Counted from the first letter of the stretch, positions 1 to 13,364 are shown. The stretch: 64,000 nt of DNA from Octopus sinensis (GCF_006345805.1 NC_043001.1:119846001-119910000); one strand, 5' to 3'. The notes: generated by a model not told the origin, from the letters alone. Translations and numbers: made by a program.

Positions 1-1246
1 TTGCCAGACTAGTTATATTTAATAAAAAAATCAACTTATTTACCTAATTTTAAACATCATCTCCTTTGAAATAGTCACCTGGTGCAGTAATAGACCAGTC
101 CCAGCATTCCTACCACTTTTGGAATCGAGCCTGTAAGTCGTTTCCCAGAAGTGAGTTTAGGACCTTCTGCAAATCACTCTTGATCTCAACAATGATGTTA
201 AAACAGTAACCTTTGAGCTGCATTTTTTATCTTGGGGAAGAGATGGAAATCGGCAGAGTGGGTGCAGAAGTGATACCATGTTGTTTTTGGTAAGAAATTC
301 ATAAGTGAGCAGAGCTTGGTGACAGGGTGGTACATTGTCATCATGAAGAATCCAATTCTTCACACTCCACAGATCCAGTCGCTTTGCCAAATGACCCACC
401 TTAAATGCTCCAAAATGTCGCAGTAGAACTCTCGATTGACAGTCTGACCCAGGGGAATGAATTCTCAATACTGCAGGTGTCGAAAAAAATGATGAGCATT
501 CTCTGCAGCTCTGTCATGCCGTCTTCAGTCACAGAGATAAAGGGCTCTTCCATTGTGACAACTGCTGCTTCATCTCAGGGTCATACCCGTAGACCCAAGT
601 CTTGTCACCGGTGATGATCCTTGACATGAAAGATGGGTCACCAGTGGCACTCTGACAGACTTCAGCGTGATGTTCTTTCTACGCAGTGGTCAGCAGGTGG
701 GGTACAAACTTGGCAGAAATGTGTTGCATTTTTAATTCAGACATTAGGATTGCCTGCACAGACCCATATGATAGACCAAACAACATCAGTAATGTTGTTG
801 ATTGCTCTCCGATGATCCTCATGCACAAACTGATGAATTTTCTCCACATTTCCAGAGGGGATGCTCATGGTAGGTATTCCAGGCACATTCTTCCTCTTTT
901 GAAGTGCCCATGCCACTTGAAACATTGCATACAAACCAACGCTTCATCACTGTAAGCTTGCTGAAGCATGCTTAATGTCTCTGTTGCAGACTTTCAAAAT
1001 GTAATGCAAAATTTCATGTTGGCTCTTTATTCCAACTTCCTGTCCATGACAAAAATCACAGACAACAGCAGACACATGGGATCACAAAAACACGAATTTC
1101 ACAACTTGCAAAGTAATCACAACAATGCCACTCAGCACACTGCCTCATGAAGGTCACTGCTAGCTCTCACTGCACATGCCACTGTGTGCTGCCATCTGTT
1201 GGCATGCTACAGAACTAATCCAGGAACTTTTTTATACTACTTTGTA
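1..1246 (-). mobile_element. Decayed mariner (DD34D-type) DNA transposon
   Basis: Broken frames such as WILHDDNVPPCHQALLTYEFLTKNNMVSLLHP (HDNA..H motif). TIR-like end (rc tacaaagtagtataaaaagttcctgga) at 1246; opposite end cut by the window edge. Confidence 0.8.
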
Positions 1247-2637
1247 TCATCAAAAATAAAGATAAATAAAGACTCCATAATCTTCAACAGGGCACCAATG
1301 CTTAACTCTGGATTTAAATATGCCAGAGAAATGAACCTCTATTCTGTGGTGAGCTATTAGTCTATATCAGTTTTACATTCCTTCATAGATTAACTGCGGA
1401 AAGCTGGATTAAGTGCTTGGCCCAAAAAGATAAACAGTAGGTGAAAATCCACAACCTTTATGTAGCTAGTTCAGTATCTTATCTAGTTGGCCAATATTTT
1501 TTAAAATATATTAGTTTGATCTGGAGGGAGGGAATGTGCCCATGGCTTATAAGATCAATGCATTTAATGTTCTGTTTTCAATAGTCACAAGGTCATAGGT
1601 GAGGAGAGGATTTTCTAGAGATATACTGGGAAGAATGGACTGGGTATAGTAAATTAGTATTAAGGTTTATATATACATGGAGTGTATATAGAGCAGTGTA
1701 AGTCAAACAATAAGGTATTTGTTCATTCTTAATATGTTTTGGCAGATTAGAATGTGTCTGTCAGATTGTAGTATTTTTTCATGCCTGGAGATGGCTTCCT
1801 CTCTTTAGGCAATGTGTGTTCATCACACACGATTCATTGGTTCACCAGTGTAAGAGGACTCAGACATTATAGTATGTTGACCTCATGTGTCTCCACAGTT
1901 AAAGCCACCCTATGAGCTTTTGTTTATAGTAACCAGCAAGTAAGCTATTTGCTGATGCGTGTGAAAGTCTGCCAAACAGGTAATAATTCAAAGGATGCAT
2001 GCAGAACAGCAAGAATCCAAAGAATAACATAACTATTCATCCTTAATATGTTCTGGCAGATTGGAATATGAATATTAAAAGGGGGTTATTTTTTGCCACC
2101 AGAGAATGCCTCCTCTCTTTAGGTGATTGTATTCACTATGTAATTTCTATACACAAGAGTTCATGCTCTCGTAAGAATCATCAGTCAGGCCATGGGGTAA
2201 CTTTGACTGAGAAGACACAAAGAGGTCGAAACACTGCAGTGTCTTGAAGTCCCTTAACAGTAATGAACCAGTGAAACACAAGTGTAACAAACACTCATCA
2301 ACTTAAGGGAGGATGCATTCTCTGATGGCAGAAAAGAAAAAAACAACAGGATGAGACGATCTTCGAATCTATCAGAATGTATTAAGAATGGGTATGTTAT
2401 TTTTGTGTGTATGTGTGTGTGCGTGCATGTATGTGTACATATATATATTGTTCATCCACTACACTCATGGAGTGGTTGGCATTAGGAATGGCATCCAGCT
2501 GTTGAAACACTGCCAGATCAGACTGGAGCCTGGTGCAGCTTCCTAGCTTCCCAGACCCAGGTCAAACCGTCTAACCCATGCCAGCATGGAAAATACATGT
2601 TAAATGATGATGATGATGATGGAGATGATGCTGATAC

Positions 2638-2674
<37 letters not shown>

Positions 2675-3053
2675 TGTAGTATATGTTAGGCTCTGTTTAT
2701 TGACTAGCTCACATTTCAATTGTCTGTTATTGTTGATGTCATCATTTGTCTTTATATTATTGTTATTGTGTTTGGGGCTAAGAAGCAGTTTTTCATAACA
2801 TTACAATCAATTTTTATTACAAACTTAGCTTTTAAATAGAGGACAAAAATTAAAAAAAACAAGAGACTCACCTATGCCTTCCAACACCTTTATCCCCACT
2901 ATCCATACAAAATCCTGACCTCTGCCTAGGGACAGTATCATTCACATTGAGAAAACACAACTAAAATCTCTTAAAGGTAGTGCCCCAACATAACAATAGT
3001 CCAAATGAGCAGAACCAAAAGAGTTATAGGTAAGACCAATACACCAAACTCAC

Positions 3054-3175
3054 CTTCTTGACAATTTCCATTCCCATATTCTGTTCAACATAACTGAGAA
3101 AACAAGATTTACAGCTTGAATAAAGCATTCTTTCTTTCACTGGAATACTATAACCAGGAGTAGAATATATGAATA
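3054..3175 (-). CDS. TWF: Twinfilin coding exon 9 (VFIYSTPGYSIPVKERMLYSSCKSCFLSYVEQNMGMEIVKK); terminal exon lies outside the window
   Basis: tgcag| acceptor, 122 nt, |gtgagt donor; FIYSxPGY...ERMLYSSCK motif. Missed by the ORF track. No exon for the expected C-terminal KPKGP tail found in 1-3053. Confidence 0.95.
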
Positions 3176-3434
3176 CTGCAAAGAAAACAAGAAAATGACG
3201 CAAAAAAATATATTATTTTTGTCTATATACCATTTAAAAAAAAAACAAAATGAAAGGCAAAAAGCACAGGAATGGTTGTGTGGTTCACTTGATAACTACT
3301 TAGTTTAGGGACTGTGTGGTACTGTTGGCTGATGTCGTCCACTATGCCTGAGAGCTAACCAATTCCTTGTGATTAGGCAGATGGAAACTGTATAAAGTAC
3401 ATCATATGTGTGTGCATGTACATGAGAGAGAGAG

Positions 3435-3466
<32 letters not shown>

Positions 3467-4184
3467 AAAGAGAGTGTGTATGTGTGTGAGCTTGTGTTTA
3501 TGTCCTCTTTGTCATGTTTGCACACCGATTAAAAACAAAATCACTGTTCATACAAAAAGTATCACTGTTTGCAATCTTTCATGGAAACATGCCTCATTTG
3601 TACAATTGAGCTGTTTATTGTACAAAGGACAAGAAAGAGGAAATATTATTTTGCTTGGAAACAAGTGAAGACTGGCAGCGGGAAGAGCATCCAGCCAGTG
3701 AAAATCTGTCTCAACAAGTTTTGCCTGAAGCAGGACATTAGAATGATAATGAAAAGGAAGACAAAAAAACTGTTTTAACTTTTAAGCATTTAAACTGGTC
3801 ATACCAGGTCCAAATAGTCTCTGTTTTATATTCAAACTGGTGAGATCTAGCTTCTCACACCCTAACTTAGAATGTCATTTTAAAAATAAACAATGCCATC
3901 ATTGAAATCTCAAAGCTATGTGATAGTGCATGATTAATTCAAAGCAATGTGAATAAAGAAGTCTTATACAGAGAGATGTGACAGGGTGATGCCATAGTAG
4001 GATGGTGAGACGGTGGGGTGCTATGCTACGAGAAGTAAAGTTGAGCTAGAAGGAAAGAATGAACAGGTAGAAGGAGGGGGTGATACTTGGGGAAGGGGTG
4101 TAGCAGTTTCTCGATGGGGAAACCAATGTGAATAAATAAGCATTAAACTTGACAGAATAATCTGAACGCTAAAGAGTTAAAAAC

Positions 4185-4900
4185 AATCTTGCCAGTTGTG
4201 TGAAAAAGTGCCACACCCTAACGGTTGAGGGAACCTGTGGAAGAGGTAGACCCAGGAAAACCTGGGACGAGGTGGTGAAGCATGACCTTCGCTCTTCCGA
4301 GACCTTTGGAAGTATGCTGTGCGTGAGAAGACCCAGCAGGACAAGTGAGGCCATAACCCGTTGGCCTCTACCTGGGACGTAGTCAGTCCACCTGTGCATA
4401 CCTTCCTTCTTGGGACACATAACTCTACTTGTGAAGACCTGTTGAGGCAAGTGAAAATCAAAGAATCAAATCAAAATCGAAATCGATCAACATCAATGGA
4501 ATTTGTAGTGTGGTACCAGTGCCGGTGGCACATAAGAGAACCATCCGAACGTGGCCGTAGCCAGCACTGCATCGACTGGCCTCCGTGCTGGTGGCACGTA
4601 ACAAAGACCATCCGATCATGGCCGTTGCCAGCCTTGCCTGGCTTCCATGCCGGTGGCACGTAAAAAGCACCATCCGAGTGTGGCTGTTCGCCAGCCTTGT
4701 CTGGCACCTGTGTCAGTGGCACATAAAAAGCACCCACTACATCACAGAGTGGTTGGTGTTAGGAAGGGCATCCAGCTGTAGAAACACTGCCAGATCTGAC
4801 TGGCCTGGTGCAGCCTTCGGGCTTCCCAGACCCCAGTTGAACCGTCCAACCCATGCTAGCATGGAAAGCGGACGTTAAACGATGATGATGATGATGATGA
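4185..4900 (+). mobile_element. 3' end of an RTE-type LINE family: ORF tail, tandem-repeat 3'UTR and (GAT)n tail
   Basis: KKCHTLTVEGTCGRGRPRKTWDEVVKHDL, then ~57-65-bp tandem units, then ccaacccatgctagcatggaaagcggacgttaaacgatgatgat. Related copies at 2450-2672, 13400-13950, 19130-19610, 26360-26560, 28880-29110 (+) and 12695-12842, 16310-16400, 18735-19050 (-). Confidence 0.8.
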
Positions 4901-5229
4901 AAGAATAATGCATATAGAACATCGTAATTTCTTTAATGATTTAATATATTTAAACAGACGAAATGTAGCCAGCAAAAGAAGAATACGATTCATTCAAATC
5001 CATTAAACAAGCCAATGCTGATGTATTACTCAAAGTTAAAATACACAGAAAATTACATCTTGGATTCTTTCATAGATTCACCAGTTTGATATGAACGCAT
5101 TGGCCGTGGCTATGTAGTTAAACCTGAAAATGTCATGGATGCAATTCCTTACATCCAATTAAACTGCTAAATAAGGGCTCAATATTTACAACTCTTATCT
5201 TGTCACTTGCTAATAGGAACAGTTATCCA

Positions 5230-7700
5230 GACACAGCTCACTCGTGGGTCAAAGTCATTTCTTATTGGGAGCCATTGCATTCACAGACCAGTGCATGTAC
5301 ATGTCATCTTTTTTTGCTTTCTACAATAGGATCCCCTTCCTATCTGCAACCATTTTAAAGCCATGTGATCATCAGTCTGGTGTGCACTCAAGCCAGACTG
5401 ACAACATTCTCACCAGAAACAGGGATAGACAGATGCTCATAACTGCAAAGTTCTTTCGCAGTGAGGAACATACAACTCAACATAAGTTAGTGGTTAGCGA
5501 TTTCAGACTTAAGGCTAGATGGAACCAGAGATGCAAACCAGTTTGGAAAAGGAAATTATGAAACCTCCAAGATCCATCAAGGAGTTAGAGATTTAGAGAC
5601 ATTCTGATTAAAGCATTTGATAAGAAAGTGGAGGAGGTTGTGACATATAACATAGAGGACAACTGGAAATTCTTACAAGACAACCTTCTGAAGCCTACAG
5701 ACTAAATTTATGGCTGAGGCAAAGAGTGGTAAGGTGGTGGAACAGTGAGATAGATAAGGTCATAAAAGCAAAGAGACAGGCTTGGAAAGATTGGAGAAAT
5801 AGAGACAGCAAAGGGCTATAGCAAGTAGACTAGGCAACAGGTTGATCTAGCAAGGACAGAAGCAGAACAGAAGAGATTTGCTAATGTCTTACAGAGTGAA
5901 AATCAGAGGCTTGAGGAGTTCCAGATTGCTAGAAAGTGTGTCAGAGACAATAGAGGTGTTGTGGGAGAGAAGTGTGTATGGATGGATGATGGTATGCTTG
6001 CACTTAGTGACTCTGGGAAGTACTACTATGAAAGGCAATCAAATGTGGAGAGTGAATGGGAGAAAGGGAGTCTTACCTATAGGAACCTGACAGGGGTAAC
6101 AGCTATTCAAGTTGACAGCAGTATGACAGATAAGGTAATATGAAGACAGGGGAAGCCCTTGGTTTATTGGGAGTCAGCACGGAGATGCTTAAAATATCTG
6201 ATGGAGTAGGATACAATCTGGTCACCTGTACAGTTAATAAAGTTGTTCAGGAAAGTGTCATCTCCAATAATTGATGTAGCAGCATTATAGTCAGCTGCTA
6301 CAAGAGTAAGGGAGATGTCTGAGAGAGAAGTAATTACAGAGACATCAAATAGCTGGACCATGGTCATCAAAGTTATGAAAAGAGTTATAGCCCAATCAAT
6401 TAGGAACAGAATCAGATTAGTTGAAATGCAGTTTGAATTTGTGCCAAGGAGAAGCACTACTGATGTTATCCTAAAAGTCAGACAACTTCAGAAGTATTTA
6501 ACAAAGAATAAACCATTGGACTAGGCTTTTCTTGACTTGGAGAAAGCCTTTGACAGAGTACTCCATTGTGTGATATGGTGGGCTCTGAGGAAGCTAGGGG
6601 TAGACAAGTGGCCTGTGAAAGATGTATAGGCCATGTTCAGAGGGTCTATCAGTAAAGTGACAGTAAGGTGAGAGTTAAACAGGAATATAGTGATGAAATT
6701 AAGGTTTGGTTCTCAGTCCCCTCCTTTTCATCATTGTCCTCCAGGCCTGTTCAAGACCAGCCAGCTGCCCCTGGGAACTGCTCTATGCTAATGATCTTGC
6801 TTTCATAGCAGATTCTGCAACAGAACTAGAAAAGAAATTCCAGACATGGAAACAAAACCTGGAGTTAAACGACATTGAGGTTAACTTAGCAAAGACCAAG
6901 GTTCTAATAAACAAGAAAACAGACAGAATCCAACCCACTTCAGGTAAATGACCCAGTTTGATATGTAGGAAGAGTGTATGCAGGAATTTCATAAGGTGTA
7001 CCCAGTACAAACTATGGACAAACAAGAGGTATAGTGGAATAATAAGAAGGTTAACAGAGAAAGAAGTGCTTGTATGTGGAAGATGCACAGGAGGAATAAA
7101 GTCTACAGAGACACAGGAAATTGATTTTTTCTCAAATACCCCAGAGAGTTTGTGGATAATTTCTGCTAATTAGTTCCCAGGGAACCTAATTAGCAGTGGA
7201 GGAGGATGTATGGAAAGTGTAATTGCTTGAATAAGAATAGGATGGAGAAAATTCAGAGAACTTTTACTTCTGTCAGCAACCAAATGTATAGAAACTCCAA
7301 TGCTACATGGTAGTGAGATGTGGGCTCTGAATGCAGACAACTAGAAAAGAATAAAGTTAGTATGCTCCGTTGGATGTGCAATGTCAGTGTACACACGTGA
7401 CAGAGGACTAGTATATTGTGAGTTAGTGTAGGAGGAATTAGATGCAATGTGCAAGAGAGAAGACTACACTGGTTTGGTCATATGATGCATATGAACGTGG
7501 ACAGTTGCATAAAGTGCCAATCACTTAAAAGTAAAGGGAACTTGTGGAAGAGGGAGACCCAGGAGGATATGAGACAAAGTATTGCAGGCTGATCAAGACA
7601 TTGAGCCTTACAAACCTACAAAGATGACAAATAACCAAGATACCTGGCATCTTGCTATACTCAAGGCTACCACAGCAAAATTGATGTCCTAAAACTCACC
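5230..7700 (+). mobile_element. Degenerate RTE-clade LINE (endonuclease end, RT, Cys-rich finger, C-terminus)
   Basis: Fragments SQTDNIL...QHKLVVSDF (APE end), AFLDLEKAFDRV, LSPLLFIIVL, LYANDL (YADD-like) and GRGRPR; many stops and frameshifts. Confidence 0.9.
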
Positions 7701-8429
7701 TTGGTAATATTTATCTGTGAGGGGCTCTGCCCCACACATACTTGCATCCTCTCTGCTCTGTCAACCATGTCCCCCCTCATTTCATCCCCTAACACTCATC
7801 ACTTCTCTATCACCTGAGAGCAGAAACAGCATATACTACATCCTCCTGCTTCCTCCACTTACCCACCTTTCCACACCTGAAACACTTCTATTTCCCATTA
7901 TCTTTCCCTGCTTACTGTCTCCGCCAATCAACTCCTTTCTATGCCTTCTCTCCCTTGTGTTATTAACACTCTTGCCTATCTGTTCTCACTCCCAATGCCC
8001 TCCCATATCTACAGCACCCCACCCCTGACCCTGATCCTCTCCTATATCTACTCCATCATTTACTCCACTATCACCTGTCTCAACACATCTTCACCACCAT
8101 CACTAACTATCTCTCTTTATTTTACAATCTAAGTAGCCTACTCTCTTCATCTTACTCTCTAACTCACTATCCTTTCTTTTCCAACTGGAATATCCATGTA
8201 TTTCTCTACAGCAAGACACCTATCCTTGTCCATCTATACCTCTAATTTCTCATCAACTAGCACAAAGTATAAATCTCATCACTACAATTGCAGCATGGAA
8301 GATGCTTGTAAGCCGTTTAAGAACACACAAAAATCTGTTAGTTTCACTTCAACATTTAAATATAATTTGTGTCAAATTATTTTTGTCACTTAGAAACCAC
8401 GACCTGTTCCCTGACAAAACTTTGTGGTG

Positions 8430-8474
<45 letters not shown>

Positions 8475-8948
8475 CATTATTATGGCAGCAAGCTTGCAGA
8501 CTCATTAGCATCCCAGGTGAAATGCCCAGCAGCATTTCAGCCATTGCTATGTTCTGAGTTCCAATTCCGCTGAGGTCAACTTTACCTTTCATCCTTTCAG
8601 GTTCAATTAAATAAGTACCAGTTACATACTGGGATCGATGTAATCAACTTAATCCCTTCCCCCAAATTTGAGGTTTTGTGTTTCCAGTAGAAAGGATTAT
8701 TACTATTATTATTGAGTGAGAGAGCAGTGCATGCCATCAAAGTGACACTGGGGTAAAATATACGAAGCTCAGTATACCCATCATGACTACCTGTCTGATA
8801 AGGGAACACCTGACAAGCAAATCTGTGGTATTGAGCAGAATATTTGTTGCAACCCATCTTTTATACCAAGACAAAACAATGTACAGGATAACACTTCCAA
8901 TCAGTTAAGATCAGAAGCCATGGGAACCACTGTCTGATACTGCATCAG

Positions 8949-8981
<33 letters not shown>

Positions 8982-9450
8982 TTATTATTATTATTATTAC
9001 TACTACTACTACTACGACGACGAAGAAGAAGAAGAAGAATGAGGAGGAGGAGGAGGACTTTTCCCTAGATGAAAACCACAGCTTCTGGTGTTTTAACTAC
9101 ACACATTAAATATGTTACATTTTAGTTTTTACTATAGAACTGCTTTCATTGCATAATAGAAATCTATTCTGCTTATGCAGTGCAATTACAAACCAGTGTG
9201 TAGTTTATACACTCTCTGTATATACATCATTCTAGGCGATTCAATTTGATTGCAGAAGTGACATGCCCACATGACATTACTAAAGCACAATAATAAGAAA
9301 ACATGTGTCTGTCAGTCTTGCAATCACATCACAGGTGATTTTTGTTTCACCTAGTTCTGAAGTTTACTGTGTTTTTGAACACAATTCCCTGTAAAGAGTC
9401 TTTCCTTGGATGAAGACCACAGCTTCTAGTGTTTCAACTACATGCATGCA

Positions 9451-9678
9451 TTAACCCTTTATCATTTAAACCAGCCTTATCTAACCCAAATATTATATAT
9501 GTTTTATGTTCAAAGTAGCCATATCATACTGCTCACACTTATGCTACAATGTTATTCTAAAGATAAACAATCACATCATTGAATCTTGAAGTTACAAGAT
9601 AATGCCTGATCAATTCAAAAGAATGTGAATAAATTAGCATTACATTTGACAAAATAAATTGAGGGTTAAAAGGGCTAA
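9451..9678 (+). mobile_element. ~225-bp MITE with TTAA ends (ttaaccc...gggttaa type)
   Basis: Related copies at 3775-4180 (interrupted), 25473-25700 (+) and 25889-26116 (-). Confidence 0.7.
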
Positions 9679-9800
9679 GTTAGTTATATTGATTTTGGGT
9701 TGAATATATATGTGTGTATGTTTATACAAACATCATACAGACACAGTTACACTTATACAAAGAAAGAACAAAAAAAAGGGGAAAAAAAAGGCATACAAAC

Positions 9801-9951
9801 CAATGCTCTCTATAAAGTCTCCTTCATGGGTATGTTTGAATATAAAGAAATGATACCGGGCATGGTTATCAGGCACTTTCATTGGTAATGAACTGACGTC
9901 TATGTCGGCTTCAGTTTCTAAGCAAATTCTTTCTCTTTCAATATCAATACT
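9801..9951 (-). CDS. TWF: Twinfilin coding exon 8 (SIDIERERICLETEADIDVSSLPMKVPDNHARYHFFIFKHTHEGDFIESI-V)
   Basis: AG/GT-flanked 151-nt exon; ARYHFFxxKHxHEGD motif of ADF-H domain 2. Confidence 0.96.
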
Positions 9952-11504
9952 CTGAAGATAAGAAACAAAACCAACGATCAAGATTTATGCCCAAGGCACA
10001 TGGAATGTAGGGAAACAACAGAATGATGGAATGAGGTAGCTCTTAGCCTATTACTGTCACTAGATTTTTAAAGCATGTTAGGGTTGTTATAGTGAACAGT
10101 TGGACATACTTACACATGTGTGCCAGACTGACTTTGTTTCCTCATAACTTCCAGAAAAATAGATATTTTTGATGAAATTTTCTACAAATACCTTTCAGAT
10201 GGTGTAGATTATAATTAGATCAGAATTTAAGGATGAAAAATAAATATTGGTGGTCACGCATTCATACATACTGACACACATCACACATATATATATATAT
10301 ATACAAAAGAAAACTTGAAATTTTGTAAGAATTATGATGTGTGTTAGTATGTATGTGTGTGTGCTGACCATTTATTTCTTTTATTTTTCACTTTAAATTC
10401 TAATATGATCAGAATGTATTCCATCTGAAAGATATTTGCAGAAAACTTTATTAACCAAAATATTCATTTTCCTGAAAATTTTAAGGGAACCCAGTCAGGG
10501 ATCAGGTGGTGGGGGTGGGGGGCACACATGTGTAGATACGCCAACAGGTTGACCTTTGCTTATCTGCTTCTAACTGAAAAACAGCTTAATTTGAAATTAT
10601 ATTTCATGGCATAGCAGTAAAGATTTCAGGTTCAATCCCACTATGTGGCACCTTGGGCAAGTAATTTCTATTTTACCCTCAGGTTGACCATTGCTTTAGG
10701 AGTGCAATTTTGTAAACAGAAACTATACAGAAACACATTGTGTGTGTGTGTTTGTTATCATTATCATTTAAACATACACTGTATGTGTGTGTATGTGTGT
10801 GTGTATCAACATGTTTATGAGAAAAACATAAGCATTGAGACATAAAAAGATATTCATTGCTTGACACTCTGTGTTGATGGATTGTTAATCAGAACAATCT
10901 CCACAGCCAATGGCTTTCTTCGTTTCATTTTTTTATCGGTATCAGCTTGGATTCATATAATCAGGTGTAAGAAGAAATACCCTAAAGATAGGTCGAATGG
11001 CATTTGTTAAACAGATTTTCTACAGTTGGGTGCTCTTCCTGTCACCAACTTTCTTCTGTTTCCAAGCAAGATAATATTCCCCCCATGGTCAAACATTTTA
11101 AATGGAACACTAGAAACAAACAACACTGCTGGTATGACAGTGATGCTTGTTTACAACCATGATGTCAAGACAAGGCTTCACACACACACACACACACACA
11201 CACTCATATGGGTTTCTTCCAGTTTCAATCTACTAAACATATTCGCAAGGCTTTGGTCAGCCTGGAGCTATACAGATAATACTTGTCTAAGATGCTGCAC
11301 AGTGGGACTGAACTTGAGATTATGCGATTGGGAAGCAAGCTTCTCAACCACACAGCCATGCCTGATTACCATGTTTGTTGTTTTGTTTTTTTCTAAAGTT
11401 CTCTAATAATGAGATTAGTATTAGAAAAAGCAAAATCTATGGGTTCTTTTTTTTTCAATGAATGCTTTGTTTTAAAACAAAATATATTGCAAAAAACAAC
11501 AATG

Positions 11505-12680
11505 ACAAGGTCATCCCATAAGTAATGTGGTCTTTCTGTAGTAGGCTTTGAAAAAATAAAAAAGGCAAGTGAGGTACCAATTTAATCAACAATATATTCC
11601 CCATCTGAATCAATATCCTTCCAATGCTATAAAAAGTTTTTTATGCCATTCCTATAGAAATCAGCTGGCTTAGAAGAGAACATCTCTTGAAGGTCCGTTT
11701 CAAGTGCCTCTAAGGAATTGTATTCTTTTCCATCAATAAAATTTTGCAAACTTTGGAATAAATAATAATCCAAAGGATATGGAAACCTTTCCCAACCTAG
11801 CTCCCCAATCTTGGTACATGTAATTCTTGCCCTATGAGATCTGGCATTGTCATGATGGAAAATGATACACATTCAATCGAATAGGAAGCATCTTTTTTCT
11901 GCAAGTTTTTCATTGTCTACCAATTTGTTCACAGTACACTTGAACTGTAATTGTCTGGTTTTGTGGCAAAGTTCCAAAGTGTATTACACCAAACATGTTC
12001 CAGTAAACTTTCTGAGGATGATCTTTTTTTTTTTAGATGGGTCCTACTTGTTCTCCTAGTTGAACCCATTGACATTGGTGACTAACATAATTATAGAGTA
12101 TCCCCTTTTCATCATAATCACTAAGCAGTTCAAAAATGGAGGCTTTTTTCTCACATGAATAAAGAGCAGTGCAGATATTGACATGTTCTCTTTGATTGTT
12201 TTCACTCAGTTCATCTGGAACCCACTTTCAAAGCTTAGACACAATTCCAAGTTTTTGCATATGGCGATAGATAGTTGTATATAGATTTCTTCCAGTAATA
12301 GCTTTCAATACATCATTATCAAAACAGACAGGGCACCCAGAACGGCAAACAACTTCGAAATTTATAGAACCATCATTGGCACTTGCAATTATTCAAAACA
12401 CTTTCATTATACACTTCTTGCACATTTTTTACAATTCTTGCATTGTTGCCTTTTTTATGCTCGTAAAGCATGATGTGTCTAATGTGCTCTTCTGTAGCCT
12501 CCATTCTCATGAGGGTAATTAAAGCAACAAATTATTACTTGTGTGTCTGCAAGCCAGAATCTCTCTAATTGAAGCTTTCCTTGCTCTGTGGTGTTTATGC
12601 ACCCATGAAAAAATATTGTTTAAATATGTTAGAGCATGTTTCACCAAGTACAGTCTGATAAACAACATTACTTATATATA
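11505..12680 (-). mobile_element. Decayed Mos1/HsMar1-like mariner element
   Basis: N-terminus MEATEEHIRHIMLYEHKKG... from 12504; C-terminus IIFHHDNARSH...DYYLFQSLQNF; TIR-like ggtcatcccataagtaatgtgg near 11510. Confidence 0.82.
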
Positions 12681-12970
12681 AACAACATTACTTCATCATC
12701 ATCATCATCATCATCATCGTTTAGCGTCCGCTTTCCATGCTAGCATGGGTTGGACGGGTCAACTGGGGTCTGTGAAGCTGGAAGGCTTCGTCAGGCCCAG
12801 TCAGATCTGGCAGTGTTTCTACGGCTGGATGCCCTTCCTACTTATATATATATATATATATAAACAATATATATATATATATATATATAATAATAAATAT
12901 TAGGGAATAAATCCAAATTTACAGGGAAAAATCAGATTTAGGATTAAATCCAATTTTATAGTAAAATATT

Positions 12971-13345
12971 ATATAATATAATTCGAGACAAAACCACTAT
13001 TTTGCAAAACAAACAAGGAAAGACTTAATGAATACATAAAAATTTTTAATATAAAGAAATAAACCGCCACTACAATCGTTTCATGTCTTCAATGACATTC
13101 GTCAGGTGGATTTTCGATCTAAAATATCAATCTCCTAATCTGTTTTAATTTATGAAGACTTCATAAATTAAAACAAATTAGGAGATTGATATTTTAGATC
13201 GAAAATCCACCTGACGAATGTCATTGAAGACATGAAACGATTGTAGTGGCGGTTTATTTCTTTATATTAAAAATTTTTATGTATTGATTAAGTCTTTCCT
13301 TGTTTGTTTTGCAAAATAGTGGTTTTGTCTCGAATTATATTATAT
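12971..13345. repeat. 375-bp near-perfect palindrome (187-bp arms, centre 13158), probably a Penelope-like inverted terminal remnant
   Basis: Arms are reverse complements with only two mismatches found by eye; each arm carries a hammerhead motif. Confidence 0.9.
13207..13249 (+). ncRNA. Minimal type-I hammerhead ribozyme motif (mirror copy on - strand at 13067-13109)
   Basis: ccac-CTGACGA-atgtc(attgaa)gacat-GAAA-cgattg-TA-gtgg: stem I 4 bp, canonical core, stem II 5 bp, short stem III, GUA cleavage triplet. Confidence 0.75.
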
Positions 13346-13364
13346 ATATATATATATATATATA

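Noticed and set aside
7700-8280. ORFs in pyrimidine/purine-biased tracts (also 18000-18400, 26856-27155)
   Set aside because: Low-complexity strand bias gives L/S/P-rich frames with no family motifs.
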